A stretch of DNA of 64,000 nt from the human T2T-CHM13v2.0 reference genome, Homo sapiens (GCF_009914755.1 NC_060932.1), one strand, 5' to 3'. Shown: positions 49,849-62,224, numbered from the stretch's first letter. Notes: generated from the letters alone by a model not told the origin. Numbers and translations: made by a program.

Positions 49849-51370
49849 GATTTTCGGCTTAAGAGATGCCAAATCCCTATCCTTCTCCTGGCCCCCATCC
49901 CCTGCAGGCAACTGTTACTGAGTCTCGGCAAATAGAGCGCTATAGGAATAGCTCAGGCAAACCATCAGGGCTGATCAACAGGAGCAATCACAGCAGTGGG
50001 CAGAGCCCAGCAATGGGAAAGCAGGGTCCACTACAGCAGAAGCCCTGGCAAGCAGGCCAGTAGCATCTGGGAAGGCAATCAGGGCTCAGGTTTAAGGACA
50101 TCCACAAGGACACCATGAGACAAGTGCCAGTCAGAAGGGCACTGGCAGTAGTGGCTGCAGAATTTCAATGTAGGAAGAACTTACAGGGAGCATTTTGGTT
50201 GGAAAAGAACTAGAGAAGCTGTATTTGCATAATACTCTACACAAGACTGAGAAAATGTCGATTATCCGTGTCAAAAAATAGGGATACCATGGATAGTTGA
50301 GAGGAGAGCTAAAGCCTGCAGGACCAAGAAGTTTCCTGGATTCAGAATTCTCTGAGGTCATCCCCAAGCAGAATGGTGCATTCAGAAACCAGAACACACT
50401 GCACGGGGCAGGCTCTGGCTGGAGAATTCAGCTGCAGGTGCTCTGTCCCAGCAGACAGGAGGCAGGGGGACAAGGAGGGCTTGTTGCCATCCCCAGTGCA
50501 ATGCAGCAGCTCAAGCATTAGCAGAGGGACTTGCATCCTTGGTTAGCAAGCAGATCCATGAGGATGTCTGGAAGTAAGGAGGGACTTGATAGGTCTGCTT
50601 AATTGCTTCCTGCCTCAAGCCCAGATTGGTCTGGGAAAGAGGCTGGGCCCAGGCTGCAGGTGGGAGATTGCGTGGCCAGCTGTGATGAACTGGAGAGGCT
50701 GAGTAAGGGGAAATAGAAAGGGAGGTGGGGGTGGGGAGAACATGCTGAAATAGATCCCTGAATGTCCTGGGGCCGGAGCCGGGTCACTCAATGTGGGGGA
50801 GGAACTTCCTTCCCTCTTTCGTTATTTTCCTTCCTCTCTCTTCCTCCTCACAGGCAACCAGCTAGAGGCAGGATGAGCTGTCTCAAGGAAGAAGAAATCA
50901 AAACAGCCTTTAAATTACTGGAGGTCATGTCCTGTTTGAAACAACAACAAGAAAAGAGAGCAGAGTGCTACCTCTCCTGCAGAGACCTTGCTGCCATGAT
51001 CTCTAGCCAAAGAGGTTACATTAGTTCCATCTTCATAGCCCAGGGACTGAGGCTTGAACCCACAAGTCTCTCTTTCTCACTCCTTTAAAGAAACTGCTAA
51101 CCACTTCCAGGTCAACTGCTGAAAGTCATGTGTTTCTTTTACTGCAGACATTTCTGCAAAGCCTTCCCCTGAGAGCCGAGCACGGATGCAATAGTCCAAG
51201 AGGTGGTGGCTGGCGCTCTTTCATCCTTGACCCATGATCTAGAACATTTGGCTTAGAGCATAAAGAGGAGATTCCCAGCACAATAAAATAGCCAGGGAGG
51301 GAACATTATTATAGGTCCCCTTTTCAACTCAAATAGGTTAGGATTGACTGACAACCTAAGAAATACTCAC

Positions 51371-53459
51371 CACTTTTTCATTTTCAGATCAAACATAACT
51401 GTCTTCAGAGTATAAATCCTCTGAAGCCTGCCCTTCTTCCATCCAGTCCCTTGGGTGGCAGGTATTAAATGACTACTCCATGTTCTCCATAGGGAGGCAG
51501 GATGCCTTGGCAGCAGAGCACACTGTTGTCAGTACTCAGAAGCGTCTGGAAGCCACCCTCATCTTAAAATAAAAGAATCAAGATTGAGCTTGGAAAGACA
51601 AAATGTAAAATCAGTGCCTGGAAAAATAGGCCAAGTCACCTTAAGAGTCAGAATAGTTCCATGAATATATCAATCATTTGCAGTGTTGAGTGGGGACGTA
51701 GCACAGCTGGTCAACCAGCCACAAGACTATGGTAATGACCATCCAGCACATCAAGGAGAAAGGGCGACTGCACTGAGCACTTGGCTGCTGTGGTTCCAAC
51801 AGAATGTAGACCTATGAGGCGATAGGTGCATCCAGCTGATTATAGTTCAAGGGCATAAAACATGCAGATTTTTTAACTTACCAAGCAACCACTAATGATA
51901 ATTGGGACCTCCTGTAGGCCCCCAGAGGGAGAGTGCACCAGCTAAGAGCCAAGAGCCAAGAGCACTGCTTGAGTTTCTTCAGTGGTTCTGGATCTTAAAA
52001 ATGGGCTTGGTTGCTCAGTTTACAAATGAGTTCGGTTACTATAAGTCTGCCCTTCTGAGACTGAACCTGCTGAGAGAACAAATGAATAAAATTAAGCTTC
52101 TGAGCCGCAAGATTGAGGGTTTGACTCTGAGCCATGGAAAGTCCCTCTAGGCAATGCCTCTGTATAAGCAGCTGGAGAGATAGCCTACAAATCTTTCCTG
52201 AGCTCTGAACCTCTGAACCACCCTGCCATTGCTCTTTGGTGAAATCTGCTCCTACTCTTTCTGACATAGACTAACACAAATGAAACCAGCTCTTTGAATT
52301 GGGGGAAAAAACTTCCATACTTCAGAAAATAATATAAAACAATAAGTAACTGCTAAATTGCAGGGTTCGTGGGGAGGAAAGCAGGAGCAGCTGAGAAAGG
52401 GTTGATGGAAGCAGTGGGCTTGAGTGGGCCTTGTAGGTCTACATGGGTGGACAACTGATCCAGCACACTCCAGATAGGGATGGAACAGGGAGACCCAGAA
52501 AGAAGGTGAGACGACTTCACAGAGACAGTTCAGGTTTTGATGTGCTGGAACATGACACTGGAGATTAAAGGACTGAGCAGATCTTTCAGTGTCTGAAATG
52601 CCAGCCTTTTGCAAGTTCATGGAGCAGAAATGGGTCTCAGAACACTGACCCGGTAATAGTGCATGGGCTGCTCAGACAGGAGAGGGACTAGAAGGGGGAG
52701 AACCACTAATAATCAATGCAGGTGGGTGACGAAAAGGACTATTGCATTTATATTAAATTTCCTGAGGCCTGTCAAATTCTTCTCTCATTATACTTCCAGT
52801 ATAGGTTCTTGGAATAGTGAGGGGAATATATTCAGTGTGAGAAATACAGCTATAGGGGTTGGGGACATTGATGCTAGGTCCAGGGAGCATTAAACAGTAA
52901 AACAGTGTTGCTGTTATGCAAATAATCACCAACCTTGCACTCTTGCATGAGAGCTCAGCTTGTCCAGAAAATGAAGTTTTATCTTTAGATTTGCAGAATG
53001 GAGATTTCTGTAATGTTTTTAAAGGCAATCCCACGGAGTTATCTGGCTTCCCTAGAATCACAAGAAAAGGACTGTCACTGGTAAAGTGGACTCTTCTGCA
53101 CACTTTATTTTATTCCTAAATGGGCCAGTCAAGTCTAGGGTTGAGGTGGCCTTAGAAACTTTTCAGGGTCAGCATTCAGGCATCAACAAAGCAGTTCTGA
53201 TTTAGAGAACTCTTGAGATAAGAACCAGCTACATTCATGATTTCCCAAACTTGGCCAATTTAGAGTAAATACATGCAAACAGTCTTGTAATTGTGATTCC
53301 AAATTTTCTGATTATGCCAGGAATAAAAATCTGCAGAATTTCAAAGACTTACCATTTCTGACAATTTCGAAGTAACATGAGACCTTTTTCAACTTCAACT
53401 AACTTTGGAGAACCATTGTCAGACACTTCGGCATTTAGGTAAACAATGCCAGTTCACCT
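51371..53459 (-). ncRNA. Candidate spliced non-coding transcript exons (53459-53353, 52069-51882, 51617-51371)
   Basis: Three segments each bounded by a pyrimidine-rich AG acceptor and a GTAAGT or GTGAGT donor; the first two are closed in all three frames; prediction only. Confidence 0.4.
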
Positions 53460-53891
53460 CTAAGTAAAACAGTGACCTATTTTTAGAGACCAAGGGTTTC
53501 AGTGTTTTACCATTCCGGAAATAAACATCATCATCATCATTCCTTCTATTTCAATGAGCACAGCTGTCTGGGTGGGGATGTAAACATCCCCTGGCCATGT
53601 TGTGAATCCAAACACAACAATGTCAGGCTGGTGTGTGAGAACCAGGAAATGAAGCTGACTACAAATTGCACAAGCTCCCATCTATTCTCATTATCTCATC
53701 TAAATGAAGCAAGACCTACAAGATAGACAACATGCTTAGGTCTCTTTTCAAAGTTAGCCCTTTTCACTGCTGCTTGTTAAATGTCCATTTTTAAAAGAAA
53801 ACAATTATTAAAAGAAAGAAGTTACCCCTTTAACTAATTCATGCTTCTATTGGAAGTGCAAAAATCCTGATGGAACTCTATATTAATCATA

Positions 53892-54180
53892 TTTTTTTTG
53901 AGACAGAGTCTTGCTCTGTTGCCCAGGCTGGAGTACACTGGTGCAATCTTGGCTCACTGCAACCTCCACCTCCTGGGTTCAACAATTCTCCTGCCTCAGC
54001 CTCTCAAGTAGCTGGGATTACAGGCATGCACCACCAGGCCCAGCTAATTTTTGTATTTTTAGTAGAGACGGGGTTTTGCCATGTTGGCCAGGCTGGTCTT
54101 GAACTCCTGGCCTCAAGCGATCTGCCCACCTCAGCCTCCAAAAGTGATAGGATTACAAGCGTGAGCCACTGTGCCTGGCC
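53892..54180 (-). mobile_element. AluS
   Basis: Reverse dimer. Confidence 0.94.
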
Positions 54181-54199
54181 AATATTTTTTCTTTTCTAT

Positions 54200-55070
54200 A
54201 TTTTATAGTATTTTCACATCTTGGAGGGCCCAGCTGGTCAGGGAGAGACTGCCCTCCCATGACCAAGTTATTTCCAAGATAATAAACTAGCCTTACTATA
54301 CACCCTTCATATGCAAACAGTGTCCTGAGTCCATACCCTACAGCCACCTCCTTTATTTACCCAACTACCACCTCCTTGACCTCACATGTCAAGTCAATAT
54401 TCCCCCTGCCCAAAATCCACCAAAAGCCAGGTACCAGACAACTAAGGACAGCCTCATTCCTAACACCCACTGAAAGTATCGGAAGCAGCCAATCCTAAAC
54501 TGTTGCTCCCAGCTGCCCTGCCTTTCCTACAGAAAACACAATAGAGGCTCTGGCTTGTGCTTCACCCTCACTCCTCTCTGTCTGCTGACCAACACCCTGT
54601 GTCTGAGTCCACTTGGACTACGTGACAAAAATACCATAGGCTGGGTGGCGTAAACAACAAACACTTATTTCTGACAGTTCTGGAGACTGGGAAGTTCAAG
54701 GTCATGGTGCAGATCTACTGTCTGGTGAGGACCCATTCCCTAGTTTGCAGATGGATATCTTCTTGCTGTATCTTCACACAGTAGAGAGAGAGAGAAAAAG
54801 AGAAAAGAAGCAAGCTCTCTCTTGTCTCTTGTTATAAGGGCACTAAACCCATCATAAGGGCTCTACTCTCAGGACGAAATTATCCCCCAAAGGCCAAATA
54901 CCTTTCCAAATACCTTCACCTTGGAGATCAGAGTTTCACCATATGAATTTGGGGGAAGACACAAACATTCAGTCCATAGCATCATGTGGTTCTGCGTGGT
55001 ATGGTGTGCCGCTTCCTTGTACCCCTTCTTTAGGAAATGTAAGTAATGAAAATCTTTCAATGGTATTAGC
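54200..55070 (+). mobile_element. MER39/MER34-like ERV1 LTR split by MLT1
   Basis: GGAGAGACTGCCCTCCC; CCAGGTACCAGACAACTAAGGACAGCC; AGCCAATCCTAAAC. Confidence 0.6.
54598..54981 (-). mobile_element. MLT1A/B-like LTR
   Basis: ACAGTTCTGGAGACTGGGAAGTTCAAGGTC..ACACAAACATTCAGTCCATAGCA. Confidence 0.85.
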
Positions 55071-55889
55071 CTCTGATGAGTATCATCACTCAATCACCTC
55101 TATGATAAATTTAAATCCCGCAGATACAACCACTGATACAAACTCCCATTCACTGGTGCTTCTGAACATGATGCTAAATATAAATGTGCAGTCTCTGTTC
55201 TCTCCATGTCCATCTTCCAGTGAGCCTGGACCGGGCTTTGAACAGTTAGGTTAACATGACATCTGACAGGGGAAAAAGGATTTTCTCAGCTATACCAGGG
55301 TGTCAGAAAAGGTTTATCTCACAAGGAACCAGTATAATTATGCCTGCCTTTCCTTTTGTGCTAAGAAAAAGAGGGAGGTTCCTGACATACAGTAGAGCTC
55401 TCCTAACTTCTCACAGCCAGGATGTAGGCCCAGGCCCTCCTTACCCCCTGCCTGGGCCACTATGGTGGCCTCTGAACTGGCCTCCCTGACCCTCACATAG
55501 GGATAATCATCGATGATCTGCAGGCCAAGTCCAGTCCACAAATGTCTCTCATTTGGCCATCTTAGTATGGATTATTTGTTTGTTTGTTTTATAGGAAGCT
55601 AACTTTATTGATGGAAATGTTATGTGTTCCAACAAAAAGTTCCCACAACCTGGACCCTGTAATCTCCTGCAGAACAAACATAAAAAGTTTAAGGTACATT
55701 GGACAACACCACCCAAAAAATAAAAGAGGAAAAAGAATCCTTTGCTTCTCTGCTATGGAAAGAGATAGTGAGACCAGATGTCCAACACCAGATGCCTTCT
55801 GCCCTGGACCAAAAGGAAGGGGAGGCCAGAGGAGAGAGGCAGGGGTGAAGGGATTACTTGAATGAAGAGCAGGGTATTACCATAGTCCC

Positions 55890-56281
55890 TGATATGGCTT
55901 GGATCTGTGTCCCCCGCCCCACCAAATCTCATGTCAAATTGTAATCCAATGTTGAAGGCGGGGCCTGGTGGGAGGTGATTGGATCATGGGAACAGATTTC
56001 CCTTTTTGGTGCTGTTCTTGTGATAGAATTCTCACAAGATCTGATTGTTTAAAAAGTGTGTGGCACCTCCCCCCTCACTCTCTTCCTCCTGCTCTGGCCA
56101 TGTAAAACATGGCTGCTTCCAGAAGCCTTTGCCTTCCACCATCATTGTAAGTTTCCTGAGGCCTCCTGAGAAGCAGAAGCCTGTGCAGCTTGCACAACCA
56201 TGAGTCGATTAAACCTATTTTCTTTATAAATTACCCAGTTTCAGGTATTTCTTTATAGCAGTGAGAGAATGGACTAATACA
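55890..56281 (+). mobile_element. MST-type MaLR solo LTR
   Basis: TGATATGGCTTGGATCTGTGTCCC...GGACTAATACA; perfect 5-bp TSD GTCCC at 55885-55889 and 56282-56286. Confidence 0.93.
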
Positions 56282-56999
56282 GTCCCAAACTGCAAAAATG
56301 CTGAAGGCTATGCCTAAGGGGGTTATTTTTTCTAATTTGAGATAACAATTTTAAGAGAATTTTCTGAATCACACCACTCCCTCACACTGTATAGTTTAAT
56401 AATGGTACCTTAAAATTACAATTATACAGTGTGCTAATATAAAACTACTCCTAATATTCATCTTCTGCTGTTCAAAGAAATCAAGCATCAGTCATTCCTT
56501 ATAAGCAATGTAATGTTATGGTTCTTATCACTTTGTCTAACTGAAATCCTAATGCACAAAAGACAGCTAAAGCCAAATTAAAGAAAGAAAAGGAGAATTG
56601 GCAATGAATTGGAGGGAGGCATAGGAATCAATCACAACTCATGACAACACTTAATTACTTCCCACGAATTGTACCTTATATAACATCATTATGTTTAAAC
56701 TCATTTCAACCACCATTTAACAATCAAGAGATTTCACATGAAAATCTAGGTTTCCAGCTTCTTTCAAAATTTGAAATTTTTGGTGACAGTGGCCTGTTTT
56801 CCTACATGGCAGCCACCAGCTAGAGCTGAGGCAAGGGTGCCTCCCAGCTAGGGCATAACTTCTCCAGCCTCCCATGAGCCCCCCAACTCCAGCTTGGTTC
56901 AGGACACTGAGGGCAAATGTAAGCAGCCTTTTAAACTTGTGCTTGCTCAGTTGATTAACTTGTAATCTGGGCATTTTTTCTACCCTCAATCATATCATG

Positions 57000-57230
57000 C
57001 AATGGTGAAAAACAAAGGGCTCTGGAGCCAGACACTGCCTGGGTTCAAACCTTGGGCCACCATTCTGATCACAGGTTTGACCTCAGCCAGCTTCACTCAC
57101 CTCCCTGTGCCTCAAAACATCATTGTTAAAGGACAGTACAAAGCTTGTGGAGTGATTGTGAGGAAAAAAGATTTAGAAGCACTTAGAAGAGTGTCTGGCA
57201 CAAAGTAAGGGTACAATTAGTGTCAGCTTT
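57000..57230 (+). mobile_element. MIR
   Basis: GGCTCTGGAGCCAGACACTGCCTGGGTTCAAA; AGCACTTAGAAGAGTGTCTGGCACA. Confidence 0.8.
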
Positions 57231-57604
57231 TAAAATCCATGTCTTTATTCAAAACTAAGGGTGAGGGGATGGATTGAGAGGGCCATGCGTTTCAAGAAAA
57301 TGGAGACAGAGAGAATTTTTCTTTGTAGAATAAACAACATTCACTCCCACACGTTTAATAAGCAAACCACCAGCCAGCTTCAGTCAGTCACTGCCTGTCT
57401 GGAAGCTCCAGGCAAGCCTATATGATAGAATACAGCTCCAGGCTCTCCCATCCCTGGTCTAACATGGGAATGCCTTTCCGTTAATTTTTCTAGAACAAAG
57501 TTCCACTTCTTTCCCTCAAAACCTTTAATGGAACCAGCCTCCTTAGCATCAAGGTATTTTATAATAAGCATGTACTTTATACCTCCTACATTCTTACCAA
57601 ATAA

Positions 57605-58382
57605 ACTACCAAATACCTCCCCAGAGGAACCTCTTAACATCTCCCCAGAGGAACCACCAAACCTCCCCCAAACAACCACCAAACACCTCCCTAGAGGAAC
57701 CACCAAACCTCCCCAAGGAACCACCTCCCCAGAGGAACCACCCAACCTCCCCCAAGGAACCACCAAACACCTCCCCAGAGGAACCACCAAACACCTCTCT
57801 AGAGGAACCACCAGGCACCTCTCCAGAGGAACCACCAAACCTCCCCAAGGAACCACCAAACACTTCCTCAGAGAAACCACCAAACACCTCCAAGAGGATC
57901 CACTAAACATCCCCAGGGAACCACCAAAACCTCTCCAGAGGAACCACCAGACACTTCTCCAGAGGAACCACCAAATACCTCTCCAGAGAAACCACCAGAC
58001 ACCTCTCCAGAGGACCCACCAAACCTCCCCAAGGAACCACCAAACCATTCCCCAGAAGAACCACCCAACACTTCCAAGAGGACCCACTAACCCTCCCCAA
58101 GGAACCACAAAAAACCTCCCCAGAGGAACCACCAAACATCTCCCAGAGGAACCACCACACACCTTTCCTGAGGAACCACCAAACACCTCTCCAGAGAAAC
58201 CACCAAACACCTCTCCAGAAGAACCACCAAACACCTCCCCAGAGGAACCACCAAACCTCTCCAGAGAAACTACCAAACACTCACCCAAGGAGCCACCAAA
58301 CACTTCCCCAGAGGAACCACAAAACACTTTTCCAGAGGAACCATCACACACCACCCCAGAAGAACCATCAAATATCTCCCAC
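57605..58382. repeat. Minisatellite, roughly 33 units of 22-24 bp (CCAGAGGAACCACCAAACACCTCY)
   Basis: Directly visible tandem units with indel variants. Confidence 0.95.
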
Positions 58383-58565
58383 ACCTACAGCACTCACTGC
58401 TACCTCTGGACCTAGTACCTGCTATTATTTCTTGGCATGCCCTTCCTGCCCCATGCACAGCTTTGTCATATCCAATCCATCATTTGAGGTTTAGCACAAA
58501 TGACAATTCTTATGAAAACTTAATCTCTACAGTTGAAAATAAGCTCTCACTTGAAATTCCCCTAA

Positions 58566-61208
58566 TGTATTAGGTCATTCTTGCATTGCTATGAGACTGG
58601 GTAATTTATAAGAAAAGAGGTTTAATTGGCTCACAGTTCTGCAGACTGTACAGGAAGCATGGTGCTGGCATCTGCTTCTGGGGAGGCCTCAGGAAGCTTG
58701 CAATCATGGCAGAAGGTGAAGGGGGGACCAGCATCTCATATGGTACAGTGGGAGCCAGATCTTGTGAGAACTCACTATCAGAAAGACAGCACTAAGCCAT
58801 GAGGGATCCACCCCCATGACCCAAACATCTCCCACCAGGCCCCACTTCCAGCATTGGGGATTACAATTGAATATGAGATTTGGACAAGGACAAATATGCA
58901 AACTATATCATTCTGCCCCTGATTCTTAGCAAATCTTATATCCTTCTCTCATTGCAAAATGCAATTAACTGTTGGCCTTCCCAACAGTTGCCCAAAGTCT
59001 TAACTCATTATAACATTAACTCAAAAGTCCAAAGTCTCATCTGAGACACGACAAGTTTCTTCAACCTGCGACCCTTAAAATCAAAAACAAGTTAGTTATT
59101 TCCAAGATATGATGGAGGTACAGGCATTGGGTAAATATTCCTGTTTCAAAAGGGAGAAATCAGCCAGAAGACAGGGGTTACAGGTCCCATGAAAAGTTCA
59201 AAATCAGCAAGGTAGTCATTACATCTTAAAACTCCAAAATAATCTCCTCTGACTCCATATGCTGCATCCAATGTACACTGGTGCAAGGATGGGTTCCCAG
59301 GGCCTTGGGCCACACCACCCATTTGGCTTTGCAGGGTGCAGCCCCCACAGCTGCTCTCACGTGTTGGAGTTGAGTGCCTGTGGCTTTTCCAGGCACAGCC
59401 AGCAAGCTGCCAGTGAATCTACCATTCTGGGGTTTGGAAGACTGTGGCCCCATTCCCACAGCTCCACTAGGCAATGCCCCAGTGGAGACCCTGTGTGTGG
59501 ACTCCAACCCCATATATCCCCTCAGCACTGCCCTAGCAGAAGTTCTCTGTGAGGGCTCTGACCCTGCGGCAGGCTTCTGCCTGGACATCCAGGCTTTCTC
59601 ACACATCCTCTGAAATCTAGGTGGAGGCTGACAACCCTTCACTCTTGTGCTCTATGCAACAACAGGTTTAACACCATGTGGAAGCTGCCAAACCGTATGG
59701 CTTGTGTCCTCCAAAGTAGCAGCTCAAGCTGTACCTGGGCCCCTTTGAGCCCCAGCTGGAGCTGGAGTGGCTGGGGTGTGGGAGTCAGTGTCCCAAGGCT
59801 GCACAGGGCAATGGATCACTGGGCATGGCCCATAAACCCATTCTTCCCTCCCAGGCCTCTGGAACTACAATGGGAGGGACTGCTGAGAAGATCTCTGAAA
59901 CACCTTCAAGGCCTTTAGGGACATTGTCTTGGATATTAACATTTGGCTCCCTTTTATTTATGCACATTTCTAGCAAGTGGTTGCTCCTTAACCTGCTTAA
60001 ATTCCTCTCCTGAAGAAGCTTTTTTTTTCTCTGTCACATGCCCAAGCTGCAAATTTTTCAAACTTTTATGTTCTGCATCCCTTTGAGTATAAATCCCAAA
60101 TTTAAGTCATTTCTTTGCTCCCACATTTGAGCATAGACTGTTAGAAGCAGCCTGGTCACATCTTGAATGCTTTGATGCTTAGAACTTTCTTCTGCCAGAT
60201 ACCCTAAATCATCACCCTTTAGTTCAAACTTCCATAGATCCTTAGGGCATGGACACAATGCAGCCATGCTCTTTGCTAAGACATAACATGTGTGGCCTTT
60301 GCTCCAGTTCCCAATAAGTTCCTCATTTCCATCGGAGACCTTGGCAGCCTGGACTTCACTGTCCATACCACTATCAGCATTTTGGTCACAGTCATTTAAC
60401 CAGTCTCTAAGAAGTTCCAAACTTTCCTTCATCTTCGTGTCTTCTTCTGAGCCCTCCAAACTTTTCCAGCGTCTGCCCATTACTCAGTTCCAAAGCTGCT
60501 TCCACATTTTCAGATATCTTTATGGCAATGTCCCACTCTTTGGTACCAATTTTCTGTGTTAGGCCATTCTTGCCCTGCTATAAAGAAGTGTCTGAAAATG
60601 GGTAATTTATAAGAAAAGAGGCTTAATTGGCTTATGGTTCTGCAAGCTGCACAGGAAGCATGGTACTGGCATCTACTTCTGAAGAGGCCTCAGGAAGCTT
60701 ACATTAATGGGAGAAGTAGAAGAGGGAGCCAGGATTTCATATGGTAGAGCAAGAGCAAGAGAGAAAGTGGGTGGTGCAGGAGGTGCCACACACTTTTAAA
60801 CAAACAGATCTCATGAGAACTGCCTGGGTTATGATATCATAACTGATATCATGAACTATCATATCATGATATCATATGATATGGGAGGCATCCCACTTGG
60901 GAGGCCAAGGTGCACGGATCACCTGAACTCAGGAGTTCAAGACAAGCCGGGGCAACATGGCAAAACCCCATCTTTACAAAAAAAATACAAAAATACAAAA
61001 TTTAGCCAGGCACCATGGCATGTGCCTGTAGTCCCAGCTACTCAGGAGGCTGAAGTAGGAGGATGGCTTGAGCCTGGGAGATGGAGGTTGCAGTAAGCCA
61101 AGATCACAGTCACTGCACTCTAGCCTGGGAGACAGAGTGAAACTCTCTCTCAAAAAAAAAAAAAATCAACATGAGATTTGGGCAAGGACAAATAGCCAAA
61201 CTATATCA
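58566..61208 (-). mobile_element. Near-complete MST-type MaLR provirus: LTR 58566-58910, internal 58911-60554, LTR 60555-61208 (Alu-interrupted)
   Basis: Two homologous TG..CA LTRs; minus-strand PPT AGGGGCAGAA; internal ORF relic WKSLEGSEED..ELIGNWSKG (60058-60480); TSD CCTAA/CCTAG. Confidence 0.92.
60890..61165 (+). mobile_element. 5'-truncated AluJ-like element within the LTR
   Basis: ATCCCACTTGGGAGGCCAAGG...CTCTCAAAAAAAAAAAAA; no TSD. Confidence 0.92.
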
Positions 61209-62224
61209 CCTAGCATCTTCTCTTATAGCACATCACACTTTCTTCATTGAATTACAGTTTTGTGTATATGTGTCTTCTTTTTTCAGTAAACTGTAAAATT
61301 CTTAAGAAGATTAATTTTTTTAATTTCCCTATGTATTAATCATAGTAAAATGCAGTCAACCTAGATAAATTAAGAGAACAGAGAAAAATATCATTTTTCT
61401 TTCCTTTTTAAAATATCTTTTCAAGATATATTCTGGGTTTTGGTAAAACACAGAATCAGGTTAACAGTTAGAGACAGCGTCTCCCAACTTCCCAGAAAAG
61501 TAGTGGGAGATGAGTCATGGGGGTGGAGGTGAAGAAGCCAGTGGAGGGTAGGGAAGAAAGGAAAGCATTGCATATTGAAGATGGGGGCCACATGCAAGTG
61601 ACCACCAGAATTGGGAGGCATTTTCAAGGACTTCAAGACCAGTGGAACTGGATGTAGAAACATGTTCCCTGGCCCACAAATGCAAAGCAACTTAAAACAG
61701 AGTAAACCTGCCCATCTGAAAGAAGGTAGGAAGATTTCAATCCCTCCTGCTCTCTAACATCAGGTCATAAATGCAAGTTATGAGAAAATAGCACTGCCAT
61801 TATGAGATGTCTTTTAAAGAGAATACTATGTACACCTCCATACTAGATAATTTTGAAGTCTCTATAAAATGAGTGTTTGTCTAGGAAAATTTAATTACTG
61901 ATATTGACACAGGAAAAGTAACAACATAAAAAGAATGGAAAAATGACTGTGGAATAAATTAAGAAAGCTGTCCATAAAATAACGCCATCCTCTAAAAAGC
62001 AAGTGCAATGCAAATATAGCAAAAAGTTGAGATTTTAAAGATTATGAATTTTCCCCTCTTGTGCTGATTAGTATTTCCTAATCTTTCTAGGACTGCTTTT
62101 GTAATAATATAAAAGTAAATACTATTATTAATTTTAAGGTTTTTAAATACAAAATAAAATGATATGAGATACCATTTTGTCCATTAGAATGGCAGAATAG
62201 ATCTTTTTACTACCAATAATTCTT

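Noticed and set aside
51388-51461. Plus-strand 74-nt exon (TTTTCAG ... CAG|GTATTA)
   Set aside because: Weak donor and no other support
57605-58382. CRISPR-like array
   Set aside because: Units are contiguous with no unique spacers, there are no cas genes, and the DNA is primate
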